A stretch of 64,000 nt of DNA from Fibrobacteria bacterium (GCA_050486505.1 JBJHDK010000004.1:9272-73271); one strand, 5' to 3'. Shown: positions 17,229-27,867, numbered from the stretch's first letter. Program-made: numbers and translations. Notes: generated from the letters alone by a model not told the origin.

Positions 17229-18341
17229 ATGGATACTCGAACACACCACTCGCGACAGGCACTACGCCACATGGATGCGGCCTTCGCCGAAGCGTTGGCC
17301 GCCAAGGGGCGGACCCTGCCCAACCCGGCGGTGGGCGCAGTGCTGGTCAGGAACGGCCGCGTCGTGGGGCGCGGCGGGACGCGGCCGGCAGGACAGGCGC
17401 ACGCCGAAATCGTCGCGTTGGAGCAGGCTCGCGGCGAAGCGCGAGGAGCCACCCTGTACGTGACGCTCGAGCCCTGCCGGCACTTCGGCAGAACACCGCC
17501 CTGCACCCGCGCCATCATCGACGCCGGTGTGACGAGGGTCGTGGCCGCCTGCACCGACCCCAACCCCAAGGTCGCCGGAAATGGGCTTGCGGATTTGCGG
17601 CGCGCCGGCATCGAGGTCGAATGCGGACTGATGCGCGAGCGCGCCGAAACCTTCTACGCGGGCTTCTTCTTCTGGATCCGGAACGGGCGCCCACGCATCG
17701 TCGTCAAGGTCGCGCAAAGCCTCGACGGGCGCATCAATGCGCGACCGGGCACGGAAACCCCGCTCACCGGCCTTGAGGCGCACCACTTCGCACATGCCCT
17801 CCGCGCGAGCGCCGATGCGATCCTCATCGGGGGTACAACCCTGCGCAGCGACAACCCGGACCTGACCCCGCGGCTTGTTCCCGGTGCGCCGGCGCCGGAT
17901 GTGTTGGTCCTCACGCGCGACCGGATCCCAAGTCCCCGTCACAAGGTCTTCGCCCGCAACCGTCCGTCCCGAACCGTCGTGATTTCACCGGATCCCCCCC
18001 TTAACCTGCCTGCCCACGTGGATCTGGTCCGCATCCCCGGCAAAAGACCGCTTGTGCGGGAACTCCTGAACGTCTTCGCCGATCGCGGGTACCACGAGAT
18101 TCTTGTGGAGGGGGGGCGTGCGGTGTGGTCTCCTTTCCTGAACGGGGGACTCTGCGACGCGCTGCATCTCGTCACGGCGCCGGCGCTCCATCCGGGAGGG
18201 GAACGCTGGGATGAAGGTCTTCGGGCAGGATGGGTGAAACCCCTTGAATTTCATAGATTTACGCCGCTTGGCCCTGATGTTTGGGCCGAATTTCGACGGC
18301 GACCGGCCACCGCAACCGCGCGGAGGAGAACCGCGCCTTGA
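17229..18341 (+). CDS. ribD: Bifunctional pyrimidine deaminase/reductase RibD
   Basis: PNPAVGAVLV, HAE, TLEPCRHFGRTPPC, AQSLDGRI and ILVEGG. Confidence 0.95.
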   Translation: MDTRTHHSRQALRHMDAAFAEALAAKGRTLPNPAVGAVLVRNGRVVGRGGTRPAGQAHAEIVALEQARGEARGATLYVTLEPCRHFGRTPPCTRAIIDAGVTRVVAACTDPNPKVAGNGLADLRRAGIEVECGLMRERAETFYAGFFFWIRNGRPRIVVKVAQSLDGRINARPGTETPLTGLEAHHFAHALRASADAILIGGTTLRSDNPDLTPRLVPGAPAPDVLVLTRDRIPSPRHKVFARNRPSRTVVISPDPPLNLPAHVDLVRIPGKRPLVRELLNVFADRGYHEILVEGGRAVWSPFLNGGLCDALHLVTAPALHPGGERWDEGLRAGWVKPLEFHRFTPLGPDVWAEFRRRPATATARRRTAP

Positions 18342-18371
18342 CGCATTGAGTGAAAGGGCCCGGTACACATC

Positions 18372-19031
18372 ATGTTTACAGGGATCGTGCAGGAAACCGG
18401 TCGTGTCCGCGGGCTCTCTCCCCTTGGCGGAGCCGTGCGCTTTACGATTTCCGCTCCCGGGCTTTCCTCGCGGCTTGCCGTCGGTGACAGCGTTGCCTGC
18501 GACGGTGTCTGCCTGACGGTGGAGCGACTGGAGCGCGACGGATTCACCGTCTGCGCCGTGCCGGAAACGCTCGCGCGAACGACGTTGGGCCACCTGGCCA
18601 TGGGCTCGGCGTTGAACCTGGAGTCCGCGTTGACTCCCACGACGCCGATGGGCGGGCATTTCGTCCATGGTCACGTCGACGGCACATGCGAAGTGATCGA
18701 AATCCGCCCCTTGGGCGACGGGGAGGGGCGTGAAGTCACCGTGCGCCTGCCCGGGCCGTTCGCGCGTTACTGCGTGTACAAAGGCTCGATCTGTTTATCG
18801 GGCGTAAGCCTCACGATCGCCGCCGTGGAGGGGAGCTCCGTGCGAGTGGCCCTGATCCCGCACACGCTCTCCGCCACCACCTTGGGCAATGCAACGGTGG
18901 GGGACCTCCTGAACTTCGAAGTCGACATCCTGGCGAAATACGTGGAGCGTCTCGCGGGACGGGGCACGGGCTCGCAGCAGGCGTCGCTTGATGAGGCGGC
19001 GCTCAGGAAGTGGGGTTATGAAGTTTCATAG
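18372..19031 (+). CDS. ribE: Riboflavin synthase (alpha chain)
   Basis: MFTGIV start, GVCLTV, GGHFVHGHVDG, GVSLTI and NFEVDILAKYV. Confidence 0.95.
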   Translation: MFTGIVQETGRVRGLSPLGGAVRFTISAPGLSSRLAVGDSVACDGVCLTVERLERDGFTVCAVPETLARTTLGHLAMGSALNLESALTPTTPMGGHFVHGHVDGTCEVIEIRPLGDGEGREVTVRLPGPFARYCVYKGSICLSGVSLTIAAVEGSSVRVALIPHTLSATTLGNATVGDLLNFEVDILAKYVERLAGRGTGSQQASLDEAALRKWGYEVS

Positions 19032-20196
19032 CATCGCCGAGGCGATTTCGGACCTGAGGCGCGGACGATCCATCGTGGTGGTGGACGACAAAAACCGCGA
19101 GAACGAAGGCGACGTCGTCTTCGCTGCGTCCAAATCGACGCCCGCAAAAATCAATTTTCTCGCGAAGCACGCGCGCGGCCTGGTGTGCGTGGCGCTTTCG
19201 GCGGATCGCGTCGAGGCCCTCGGCCTGCCTCCGATGACCGACCAGAACCGGTCTCGCTACGACACGGCATTTACCGTGTCCGTCGAAGCGCGCGAGGGCA
19301 CGACCACGGGAATTTCGGCTTCCGATCGCAGCCTCACCGCACGCTTGCTGGCCGACGAGTCCTCGGGTCCGCGCGACTTCATCAGCCCCGGCCATGTGTT
19401 TCCAATCAAGGCGCGGCGCGGTGGCGTGCTCGTGCGTGCGGGCCATACCGAGGCCGCCGTGGATCTGGTGCAAATGGCCGGGCTCGGAAACGCCGGGGTG
19501 ATCTGCGAGATCATGAAAGAGGACGGGTCCATGGCCCGGCTTCCGGATTGCGCCCGATTTGCGCGCAAGCACGGACTGAAAATCATTTCAGTGGAAGACT
19601 TGATCCACTACCGCCACATGCGCGAAAAACAGGTGCGCGCCGCCGGTTCCTTCCGTTTGCCCACTCCGCATGGGGAGTTCGAGGCGCACGCCTTCGAAGA
19701 TCTTGTTCACGGTCGCATGCATTTGGCCCTCGTGCGCGGAGAGTTGTCCCAGACGCGCGCCGTCCCCGTGCGCGTGCATTCGGAATGCGCGCTCGGCGAC
19801 GTGTTCGGGTCCCGGCGGTGCGACTGCGCCGACCTGCTGCAGCAGGGGCTCCGTGCCATTGCCCGGGAAGGCGGCGTCTTCCTATATATGCGCCAAACCC
19901 ATTCCGAGGAGGCCTTCGGCCGCACCCTGCAAAAGTACGCCGCCGAGGACGCCCAACCGCGCTCCCGGGAAGCGAAGGGACGTTCCCAACACGGGGCCCC
20001 CATGGACGCCAGAACCTACGGCATCGGCGCGCAAATCCTCTTCGAGTTGGGGATCCGCCGCCTCAGCCTGCTGACCAACCATCCCAAGCGCATCCAGGGT
20101 CTTGAGGGTTACGGCCTCACCATCGTGAGGCAGGCGCCCCTGAGGGACGTAAAACCGGTCCGAACCCCGCGAGTCCGAAGCAAGGAGACAACATGA
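19018..20196 (+). CDS. ribBA: DHBP synthase fused to a divergent GTP cyclohydrolase II domain
   Basis: RibB motifs [26 protein letters not shown] and RAGHTEA. The C-terminal domain has VRVHSEC..CDC but lacks EGRGIG. Confidence 0.9.
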   Translation: MKFHSIAEAISDLRRGRSIVVVDDKNRENEGDVVFAASKSTPAKINFLAKHARGLVCVALSADRVEALGLPPMTDQNRSRYDTAFTVSVEAREGTTTGISASDRSLTARLLADESSGPRDFISPGHVFPIKARRGGVLVRAGHTEAAVDLVQMAGLGNAGVICEIMKEDGSMARLPDCARFARKHGLKIISVEDLIHYRHMREKQVRAAGSFRLPTPHGEFEAHAFEDLVHGRMHLALVRGELSQTRAVPVRVHSECALGDVFGSRRCDCADLLQQGLRAIAREGGVFLYMRQTHSEEAFGRTLQKYAAEDAQPRSREAKGRSQHGAPMDARTYGIGAQILFELGIRRLSLLTNHPKRIQGLEGYGLTIVRQAPLRDVKPVRTPRVRSKETT

Positions 20197-20654
20197 ACAT
20201 CCTCGAAGGCAATCTCAACGCGAACGGAAAATCCTTCGGGATCGTCGTGTCCCGATTCAACACCCTTGTCACGCAAGAACTGCTCAAGGGTGCGGTCGAC
20301 TGCCTCGTCCGCCACGGGGCCCGGGAGAAGGATATCACGGTGGCCTGGGTTCCCGGAGCCGGCGAGATCCCGCAAGTGCTCAGGCGTTTCGCCGCATCGG
20401 GCAAGTTCGACGCGGTCATCGCGTTGGGTTGTGTGATTCGCGGCGCCACGCCTCACTTCGACCAGGTCGTGCAGACCGCCGTGAAGGGGTTCGGTGGCGT
20501 CGCGGACGTCGGCGTCCCCGCCACCTTCGGGGTTCTCACCACCGAGAACCTGGAACAGGCGCTGGAACGGGCAGGCTCCAAGGCCGGGAACAAGGGCTGG
20601 GATGCCGCACTGGCGGCCATCGAACTGACCTCGCTTTGGAGCAAGCTGCCGTGA
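20193..20654 (+). CDS. ribH: 6,7-dimethyl-8-ribityllumazine synthase
   Basis: [35 protein letters not shown] and GNKGWDAA. Confidence 0.95.
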   Translation: MNILEGNLNANGKSFGIVVSRFNTLVTQELLKGAVDCLVRHGAREKDITVAWVPGAGEIPQVLRRFAASGKFDAVIALGCVIRGATPHFDQVVQTAVKGFGGVADVGVPATFGVLTTENLEQALERAGSKAGNKGWDAALAAIELTSLWSKLP

Positions 20655-21085
20655 TCTCGCGCCGCAAGGGCAGAGAATTCGCCATGCAGGCGCTGTATGC
20701 GTCCGAAGTCGGGGCAGAGACCCTCGACAAGGCTGCGGAAACCCTCATGCAGGACGATCCCGTTTCTCCCGACATGCGCGACTACGGCATGCGATTGTGC
20801 CGCGTCGTGCGCACCCGCGCCGACGAGATCGACGCTCTCATCGCAGCCTGCGCCGAACGTTGGGATGTCGCGCGCATCGCCGTGGTGGACCGCATCATTC
20901 TACGCATCTCCGTGGCAGAACTCATGACCGAGCCCGATGTTCCCGCGAAGGTCTGCATCAACGAGGCGGTGGAAATCGCCAGAAAGTTCTCAACCGAAAA
21001 CAGCAGCCGCTTCGTGAACGGCGTCCTTGACGCCGTTTCCCGCAAGCTGGCTGATCTTCACAACGAACCCGCTCCGAAAAAGTAA
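20651..21085 (+). CDS. nusB: Transcription antitermination factor NusB
   Basis: GTG start overlaps the ribH stop. Motifs [30 protein letters not shown] and FVNGVLD. Confidence 0.94.
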   Translation: MISRRKGREFAMQALYASEVGAETLDKAAETLMQDDPVSPDMRDYGMRLCRVVRTRADEIDALIAACAERWDVARIAVVDRIILRISVAELMTEPDVPAKVCINEAVEIARKFSTENSSRFVNGVLDAVSRKLADLHNEPAPKK

Positions 21086-21094
21086 GGAAGACGC

Positions 21095-23899
21095 ATGCTC
21101 AACGAAAAAAAGTTGGACGTCATTCTGGCGCTGACTGTATTCTTCGCCGCATTCTTCGTGTACCTGTCCACGATGGCACCCACAGTCTCCTGGTGGGACA
21201 CCGGGGAATGGATCGCCTCGTCGTATGTCCTGGGAAACCCCCACCCCCCGGGGAATCCCCTTTTCACCTTGTTGGGACGCGCCTTCGTCGTCGCCATGCC
21301 CATCTGGGAGAAAGCGGCGCGGATCAACTTCATCTCCGTGCTTACGATGGCCTTGAGCGCGATGGTCGCCTTCCTGTTCATCCTGAAGGCGATGCGCCTC
21401 ATTTTCAACAAGGGAGGACTCAACCGCTTCGCCCTGTATTCGGGCGCCGTCATCGGTGGTTTCCTGGTCGCATTCTCCGACACGGTCTGGTTCAGCGCGG
21501 TGGAAACCGCCGCGTACAGCCCGGCGATGCTGATCGTGATGCTCACTGGCCTCCTGAGCCTGCATTGGTACGCGCGGCGCGGCACCCCGGCCGCTGACCG
21601 GCTTCTCCTTCTCATCGCCTATATCGGCTTTCTGGGCGTCGGCGTGCACATCTTCGCGTTCATCACCATCCCCGTGATCGCGCTGTTCGTGCTCCTCGAC
21701 AAGGAGTCCCGGTCCAACATCCCGCTCATCCTTGCGGGCGTGCTGCTGCTGTCCGTCATTTACGACATCGGCAACTTCGTCTTCTACGCCGCCGCCTCCC
21801 TCGCATTCTGCGTCACGGGGTATCTGGTTGCCCGTGCTCCCGAATGGCGTCGGCGCTGGTCGCTCGCGGGCTGGCTGAGCCTTGCCGCCATTCTCGGGTT
21901 CTCCACCTACATCTATGCCCCGGTCCGTTCCCACACCAATGTGTTGATCGACGAGGGCGCCCCCCGCACATGGCCCCTGCTGAAGGAGTACCTGGAACGC
22001 AAGCAGTACGGTTCCGAATCGATGCTGCGGCGAGCCTTCCATCGCCGCGCCCAGATCGGCCACCAGATCCTGATCCACCCCCACATGGGCTACGGGGGCT
22101 ATATGCTCTCGCAATACTTCCCCTGGAAGGTTGGCGATCGCAGCGAGGAAACCGTGGTCACCACCCGGAACCTCCTCGGCAAGGAGCTTGTCTTCCCGGA
22201 GCTGTACCGCTCGCTGCAGGGGCGAACCGGAACCCAAATCGGGCTTTTCCTGCTTCTGCAGATCCCCTTCATCTGGGGAGTCCTGCTCGCTTACCGCCGC
22301 AACCGAAAAATCGGCGCGTTCATCGGCGCGCTGTACGTCGCGACCAGTTACGGCCTCATCTTCTACCTCAACTTCGCGGATGGCACGCGCATGGAACTGC
22401 GCGACTACCAGTGGTGGAAGAGCACGGGATTCGACCCGAACCAGCAACCTCCCCCGGTTCACATGGAGGTGCGCGAACGCGATTACTTCTTCACGCCCGG
22501 GTTCATGTACATGGGCATCCTGTTCGGCGTTTCGGCTGTCTTCCTGCTGAACTGGATCGCCTCCCGGCGCAGGTTGCTGCTGCGCCCGGCCGGCTTTGCC
22601 CTGATCGGCCTGGCCTTCGCTCTTCCCGTGTGGTCGAACTACCGTGAGCACGACCGCTCCCGCGACTTCGTGCCTTACGACTACGCCTACAACCTGCTGA
22701 ACTCCTGCCGTCCGAACTCGATCCTGTTCACCAACGGAGACAACGACACGTTCCCGCTCTGGTTCATGCAGCAGGTCGAGGGGATCCGTACCGACGTGCG
22801 CGTCGTGAACCTCTCGCTGGTGAACACCACCTGGTACATGCACCAGCTTTACGAGCACGAGCCGAAACTGAAAATCGGATTCACGCCCGAGGAGATCGAG
22901 AACCTCCGTCCGCAGCCGTGGCGCTTCCGCGGTCCGGTCGAGATCACGATTCCCGGAACGCAGATCCGCTACCAACTGGACCCCCTCCCTTACCTTCGCG
23001 TTCAGGACATCATGGTGCTGCACATCGTGCAAAACAACTTCCCCGAGCGCCCTGTTCACTTCGCCGTCACCATCGGCGGCAACAACGCGATGGGCCTTGA
23101 GAGATTCACGGTCATGGAAGGCATGGTGTATACCCTCGTCGAAGAGCCGCGCGATCGAGAAATCGACGTCGTCGCCACCGCCCGCCTCGTGGACTCTGTC
23201 TACCAGTTCCGCGGTCTCGGCGATCCCCGCGTGCACATCGACAAGACCACCGAGGGCTTGCTGACCAACTACTCCGCGACCAACTTCAGGCTGGCGGGGT
23301 GGGCACAGGACAGCCTCGAGAAAGTGATGCGGGAGCTGGAGCGCCTGCGCGGCCGCGATGGTCTGGGACGTGCCGAAACGGAGCGTCTTGCCGTCCTCGA
23401 AGAATCCCGCGAAGAAATGCTGGCCTTCGCCGAGCGCTACCTCGGGCTGAATGCGCGCATCCTCCCGGGTGAATGGCGCGTCCACTACTACCTGGGCCAG
23501 CTTTACCATCTCGCGGGCGAGCCCGGGAAGGCGGAATCGGCCTTCCGCGACGGCATGCGGACCCGCGGACCCGCGGCGAAGATTTTCGCCCTCAACCTGA
23601 TGCAGCTCTTCATGGATGCCGGGCGAAGCGACGAGGCCAAGGCCGTGCTTTCCGAAATGACGGTGCGTTTTCCCGAGGATCTTGAAGTCGCATACCGTCT
23701 CGCGGAGATGTACCAGCAGGAAGGCGACTTCACCCGCGCGCGCGACATTCTTTCGAGATGGCTGCGGGCGAATCCCAATCACGAGTACGCGCGGCCCATC
23801 GAACAGCAGCTCCGCCAGCTGGAGTCGATGCCGCAGCGGGAGCTCCCGCCTCCGTCGCACGAGATCGAGGCTGAGATTCCCGGCCTCCTTCCGGAGTAA
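21095..23899 (+). CDS. DUF2723 / TMEM260-like multi-pass GT-C glycosyltransferase with C-terminal TPRs
   Basis: PTVSWWDTGEWIA..HPPGNPL, RERDYFF, NGDNDTFPLW and VVNLSL. Many TM segments and a TPR-like tail. Confidence 0.85.
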   Translation: MLNEKKLDVILALTVFFAAFFVYLSTMAPTVSWWDTGEWIASSYVLGNPHPPGNPLFTLLGRAFVVAMPIWEKAARINFISVLTMALSAMVAFLFILKAMRLIFNKGGLNRFALYSGAVIGGFLVAFSDTVWFSAVETAAYSPAMLIVMLTGLLSLHWYARRGTPAADRLLLLIAYIGFLGVGVHIFAFITIPVIALFVLLDKESRSNIPLILAGVLLLSVIYDIGNFVFYAAASLAFCVTGYLVARAPEWRRRWSLAGWLSLAAILGFSTYIYAPVRSHTNVLIDEGAPRTWPLLKEYLERKQYGSESMLRRAFHRRAQIGHQILIHPHMGYGGYMLSQYFPWKVGDRSEETVVTTRNLLGKELVFPELYRSLQGRTGTQIGLFLLLQIPFIWGVLLAYRRNRKIGAFIGALYVATSYGLIFYLNFADGTRMELRDYQWWKSTGFDPNQQPPPVHMEVRERDYFFTPGFMYMGILFGVSAVFLLNWIASRRRLLLRPAGFALIGLAFALPVWSNYREHDRSRDFVPYDYAYNLLNSCRPNSILFTNGDNDTFPLWFMQQVEGIRTDVRVVNLSLVNTTWYMHQLYEHEPKLKIGFTPEEIENLRPQPWRFRGPVEITIPGTQIRYQLDPLPYLRVQDIMVLHIVQNNFPERPVHFAVTIGGNNAMGLERFTVMEGMVYTLVEEPRDREIDVVATARLVDSVYQFRGLGDPRVHIDKTTEGLLTNYSATNFRLAGWAQDSLEKVMRELERLRGRDGLGRAETERLAVLEESREEMLAFAERYLGLNARILPGEWRVHYYLGQLYHLAGEPGKAESAFRDGMRTRGPAAKIFALNLMQLFMDAGRSDEAKAVLSEMTVRFPEDLEVAYRLAEMYQQEGDFTRARDILSRWLRANPNHEYARPIEQQLRQLESMPQRELPPPSHEIEAEIPGLLPE

Positions 23900-25038
23900 T
23901 GCCCGTGCCGGAGGGGGCAACGCGTCCGCGCGTGCTGATCGTCAACTGGAGGGATATCCGCAACCCCGCGGCGGGCGGGGCGGAGGTTCACCTCCACGAG
24001 ACGGCGCGCAGGCTCGTGCACAACGGCTTTGACGTCGTGCAATATGCGCACGCCTTCCCCGGCGGATCCGCCGAAGACAATGTCGACGGCGTGGAAATCC
24101 ACCGGAAGGGGAACGCGTTCCTCTTCAATTACACCGCCCTGCTCAATCTGCGCCGATGGGTGCGCCGCCACCGCATCGATGTCGTGATCGACGACTCGAA
24201 CAAGGTTTGTTTCCTGCTCCCGTTGGTTTCGCCGGTTCCGGTCGTGGCGCGCTTCCATCATCTTTTCGGACGTTCCATTTTCCGGGAAGCCGGGTTTTTC
24301 CCCGCCCTGTACGTCTATCTCTTCGAGTGCATGATCGGCCCCGTGTATCGACGCACCCGCATCCTGACGGTATCGCCCAGTACACGCGCCGAATTGGAAG
24401 CCAAGGGCCTGCGGCGCATCACGATCGCGCTCAACGGCGTCGACCGCTCCGTGTACCGCGTGATTCCCGGAGCGGAGAAGATCCCTTTTCGCATCGTCCA
24501 CATTGGGCGCATCAAGCGCTACAAGAAGCTCGACACCCTTCTTCACGCGCTGGTGCATGTGCGGCACGAGTTCCCGCAGGCGCATCTGGTGGTCGGAGGC
24601 GGGGGGAACGACCTCCCCGCGCTGCGCAGGCTTGCGCTCTCGCTCGGAATCGGGGATGCGGTCGATTTCCGGGGGTTCGTTTCCGAGGAAGAAAAGGTGC
24701 GGCTTTACAACGAGGCCCAGGTGTTCGTGAACGCCTCCCTGAAGGAGGGCTGGGGCCTGACGTCCGTCGAAGCCAACGCCTGCGGGACACCCGTGGTCGC
24801 CACCGACGCGCCCGGTTTGCGCGACAGCGTGCGCCACGACGTGACCGGCCTGCTCGTGCCTCCCGATTCCCCGGACAAGTTCGCTGCCGCAATCGTCAGC
24901 CTCCTCCGCGACCCGGAGCGGCTCTCGCGCATGCGGGAAGCGGCCATGGAGTGGGCTGCCGCGCACGATTGGGACCGCGCCGCCGGGGTTACGCGCGACG
25001 TCCTGCTTGAGGCGGTTTCCGGGAGATCCGCGCCATGA
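23899..25038 (+). CDS. Glycosyltransferase family 4
   Basis: NWRD..P.AGGAEV, HIGRIKRYKK and EGWGLTSVEANACGTPVV (EX7E). Confidence 0.9.
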   Translation: MPVPEGATRPRVLIVNWRDIRNPAAGGAEVHLHETARRLVHNGFDVVQYAHAFPGGSAEDNVDGVEIHRKGNAFLFNYTALLNLRRWVRRHRIDVVIDDSNKVCFLLPLVSPVPVVARFHHLFGRSIFREAGFFPALYVYLFECMIGPVYRRTRILTVSPSTRAELEAKGLRRITIALNGVDRSVYRVIPGAEKIPFRIVHIGRIKRYKKLDTLLHALVHVRHEFPQAHLVVGGGGNDLPALRRLALSLGIGDAVDFRGFVSEEEKVRLYNEAQVFVNASLKEGWGLTSVEANACGTPVVATDAPGLRDSVRHDVTGLLVPPDSPDKFAAAIVSLLRDPERLSRMREAAMEWAAAHDWDRAAGVTRDVLLEAVSGRSAP

Positions 25039-26078
25039 CCACCGAAACCCCGAAGGAAGGCATGAAGCCGGAAGGGCGCCCCCCCGTCCCGGGCCGCTTC
25101 TGGTTCTGGACACGCGTCCTTGCCGTCATCGGCATCCTGTGGTGGGTGGTCGAGCGCAACGGCGGCGCACGCATCGCCCACGCGCTTCTCTCTGCTGATC
25201 CGCGTTGGGTCGCGGCGGCGGCGGCGGTCTTCTTTCTGTCGATCGTCCTCGCTGCCTGGCAATGGAGCCTGCTTCTGCGCATCCAGGGCATCCGTTTCGG
25301 ATTCAAGGCATGTTTCAGGTCTTATTACTCGGGAATGTTCCTCAACAATTTTCTTCCCGGCACCGTCGGGGGAGACGCCCTGCGCGTTTGGGACGTACAT
25401 CGCCACGAAACTTCGCTGGGACGCGCCGCCGCTTCGACCCTGCTTGACCGCCTGATGGGTTTCAGTGCGCTGTCGTTCTTCTCCCTGATCGCGCTCGCCA
25501 TCGAATTTCATCGGCAAGATCTCCCGCAGGGGTTGCTGGTGCACTTGTTGCAGGCGGTTGGGGCCGTTGCCGTCGCCTTTCTGTTTCTTCTTTTGCTGCT
25601 GCTCAGCAGGAGATTTTCGGGGGGACTCCACGCGATCATCCGTGCCCTCGGGTTGCAGCGACTCGGCAACATCCACGCCAAGGTGCAAGATGCACTGATG
25701 GCCTACAAGGCTCGCTGGGGAAGCATCGGCATCGTCTTCCTGGTCGCCTGCACCGTCCAGCTGCTGCGAATCTCCGTGCACGCCTTTTGCGCCATGGCGC
25801 TCGGGCTTTCGCTCGCACCGGTGTTTTTCTTTTCGTTCATCCCCTTGATCGCGCTGACTGCCGTGCTCCCCTTGAACGTGGGCGGTTGGGGCGTCCCGCA
25901 GGGGCTCGGCGCCTACCTTTACTCCCTGCCCGGAATCCTGGCCGTGTCGACGCTCGACCCGCGCGCCGCTGCGGCGGCGCTCGCCTTCCTTCCCACCGCC
26001 ATCGGCATGGTGGTGATGCTCGGCGGGGGTATTTACCTTGTCTTCCGTCCCTCACAACCATCCCGGAAGGCCATGTGA
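25035..26078 (+). CDS. Lysylphosphatidylglycerol-synthase TM-region (flippase-like) membrane protein
   Basis: NNFLPGTVGGDALR, LDRLMG and LPLNVGGWG. Highly hydrophobic. Confidence 0.8.
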   Translation: MTTETPKEGMKPEGRPPVPGRFWFWTRVLAVIGILWWVVERNGGARIAHALLSADPRWVAAAAAVFFLSIVLAAWQWSLLLRIQGIRFGFKACFRSYYSGMFLNNFLPGTVGGDALRVWDVHRHETSLGRAAASTLLDRLMGFSALSFFSLIALAIEFHRQDLPQGLLVHLLQAVGAVAVAFLFLLLLLLSRRFSGGLHAIIRALGLQRLGNIHAKVQDALMAYKARWGSIGIVFLVACTVQLLRISVHAFCAMALGLSLAPVFFFSFIPLIALTAVLPLNVGGWGVPQGLGAYLYSLPGILAVSTLDPRAAAAALAFLPTAIGMVVMLGGGIYLVFRPSQPSRKAM

Positions 26079-27028
26079 CGCGACTCAGTCTTGTTCTTCC
26101 CGCCTTCAACGAAGCGGAGAGCCTCCCCATCCTCCTGGAGGAGATCCGCTCGGTGTGCGAATCGGAGGGCATCGCCTACGAAGCCATCATCGTCGACGAC
26201 GGCAGCACGGACGGCACCTTCGAGCGCGCCACCGAGGCCGCCTCCCGCGACTCGCGCGTCCATGCCGTGCGCTTCCGGCGCAACAGCGGCAAGGCGGCGG
26301 CGCTTGCCGAAGGGTTCCGGCGCGCGCAGGGCGAGTACGTCATCACCATGGACGCCGACCTGCAGGACAACCCGTCGGAAATTCCGGAACTGATCCGAAT
26401 GCTGGAAGCCGGCTCCGACATGGTTTCAGGCTGGAAGAAAGTACGCCACGATCCCTGGCACAAGACTTTGCCCTCGAAGCTGTTCAACGCGGTCACGGCC
26501 ATGGCTTCGGGCCTGCCCCTGCACGACTTCAATTGCGGGCTCAAGGCCTATCGCCGCGAGGTGGTGGAAAGCATCGAGCTCTACGGCGAGTTTCACCGGT
26601 ACATCCCCGTGCTTGCACACTGGGACGGGTTCCGTGTCGAGGAGAAAGTCGTCGAGCATCGGGCACGGCGTTACGGAAACTCCAAATACGGTTGGGCGCG
26701 CCTGAGCAACGGATTGTTCGACCTGATCACCCTGCTCTTTCTTCACCGCTACACGCGCCGCCCGCTGCACCTGTTCGGCTTCGTCGGCATGTTGTTCACC
26801 GCGCTGGGGGTGGCGATTCTCGCCGGTTTCGGCATCAGCTGGCTCGCAACCGGAGCGCTGCACGTGCGGCCCCTGATGCTCGGCGGCGTCGCCTTCATGC
26901 TGGTGGGCGTTCAATTCGTTTCGCTCGGACTGCTGGGGGAGCTGGTGAACCAGCGCTTCGCCGCGTCATCCCCCCCGCCCCCCGTCGCCCGCGAGACCCC
27001 TGGAGCGCCGCCGGCCCGGTCCCGATGA
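26075..27028 (+). CDS. GT2 polyprenol-phosphate glycosyltransferase (ArnC/GtrB-like) with two C-terminal TM helices
   Basis: LPAFNEAESL, VDDGSTD, RRNSGKAAAL, MDADLQDNP, HDFNCGLK and HRYIP. Confidence 0.88.
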   Translation: MTRLSLVLPAFNEAESLPILLEEIRSVCESEGIAYEAIIVDDGSTDGTFERATEAASRDSRVHAVRFRRNSGKAAALAEGFRRAQGEYVITMDADLQDNPSEIPELIRMLEAGSDMVSGWKKVRHDPWHKTLPSKLFNAVTAMASGLPLHDFNCGLKAYRREVVESIELYGEFHRYIPVLAHWDGFRVEEKVVEHRARRYGNSKYGWARLSNGLFDLITLLFLHRYTRRPLHLFGFVGMLFTALGVAILAGFGISWLATGALHVRPLMLGGVAFMLVGVQFVSLGLLGELVNQRFAASSPPPPVARETPGAPPARSR

Positions 27029-27867
27029 AAATCTTGGTCGCGGGCTGCAACGGCCTGCTCGGCCAGAACCTGCTCCGTTGCGCTCCGGCCGGGACGGAAC
27101 TTCACGGACTGGCCCGGCATCCCGCGGCCCGGCTTCCGGGTCACCTGGCCTCCTTCCATTCCCGCGACATCACCGCCCCGGAAACATGGGACTTCGTTCG
27201 AGCGACGATCCGTCCCGAGCGGATCCTCAATGTCGCCGCGATCACCGATGTCGATGGCTGCGAACGTGCCCCTGTTGCATGTTCGCGCGTCAACCATGAC
27301 GCCGTGAGCCTGATGACCGGAACGGGAATCCCGGTCGTGCAGCTTTCAACCGATTACGTGTTCGACGGAAGCTCCGGCCCCTACCGGGAGGAGGATGCAA
27401 CGAATCCCCCCAATGCCTACGGCCGCATCAAGCTCGCCTCGGAGGCTCTTGCACTCGAGGGTTCTCCCGCCGGACTGGTGGTGCGCACCATGTGGGTTTG
27501 GGGCGAAGGAACGGGGACGAAGAAAAGCTTTCCGGCCTTTGTGGAGGAGACCTTGCGGGGTGGCGGCGTCGTGCGCGCCGTGACGGACCAGACCGGAAAC
27601 CCGACGTGCGCGGAGGGCCTGGCGCGGGCGATCTGGGCCTTGGTGACGGGGGGGTGCTCCGGCGTCTATCACGTTGCGGGGAGCACTCTGCTGAGCCGCT
27701 TCGACTGGGCCCGGCACATCGCGGAATCGCGAGGGCTCGATGCATCCCGGATCGTTGCCGTAACCACGGCGGAGCTCGGACTCGCCGCACCACGGCCCTT
27801 GCGGTCGGGACTGGTCAGCGACAAGCTGTTCCGCGACACGGGGACCAGGTTGCAGGGCATCGAATAG
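27025..27867 (+). CDS. RmlD-like NDP-4-keto-sugar reductase (extended SDR)
   Basis: GCNGLLG, STDYVFDG, YGRIK (YxxxK) and APRP. Confidence 0.85.
   Translation: MKILVAGCNGLLGQNLLRCAPAGTELHGLARHPAARLPGHLASFHSRDITAPETWDFVRATIRPERILNVAAITDVDGCERAPVACSRVNHDAVSLMTGTGIPVVQLSTDYVFDGSSGPYREEDATNPPNAYGRIKLASEALALEGSPAGLVVRTMWVWGEGTGTKKSFPAFVEETLRGGGVVRAVTDQTGNPTCAEGLARAIWALVTGGCSGVYHVAGSTLLSRFDWARHIAESRGLDASRIVAVTTAELGLAAPRPLRSGLVSDKLFRDTGTRLQGIE

Noticed and set aside
20990..23920. 976-aa minus-strand ORF and other long antisense ORFs (e.g. 59893-62970, 47046-48800, 41525-43300, 4033-5571)
   Set aside because: Shadow ORFs opposite well-supported genes in high-GC DNA, with no recognisable motifs.
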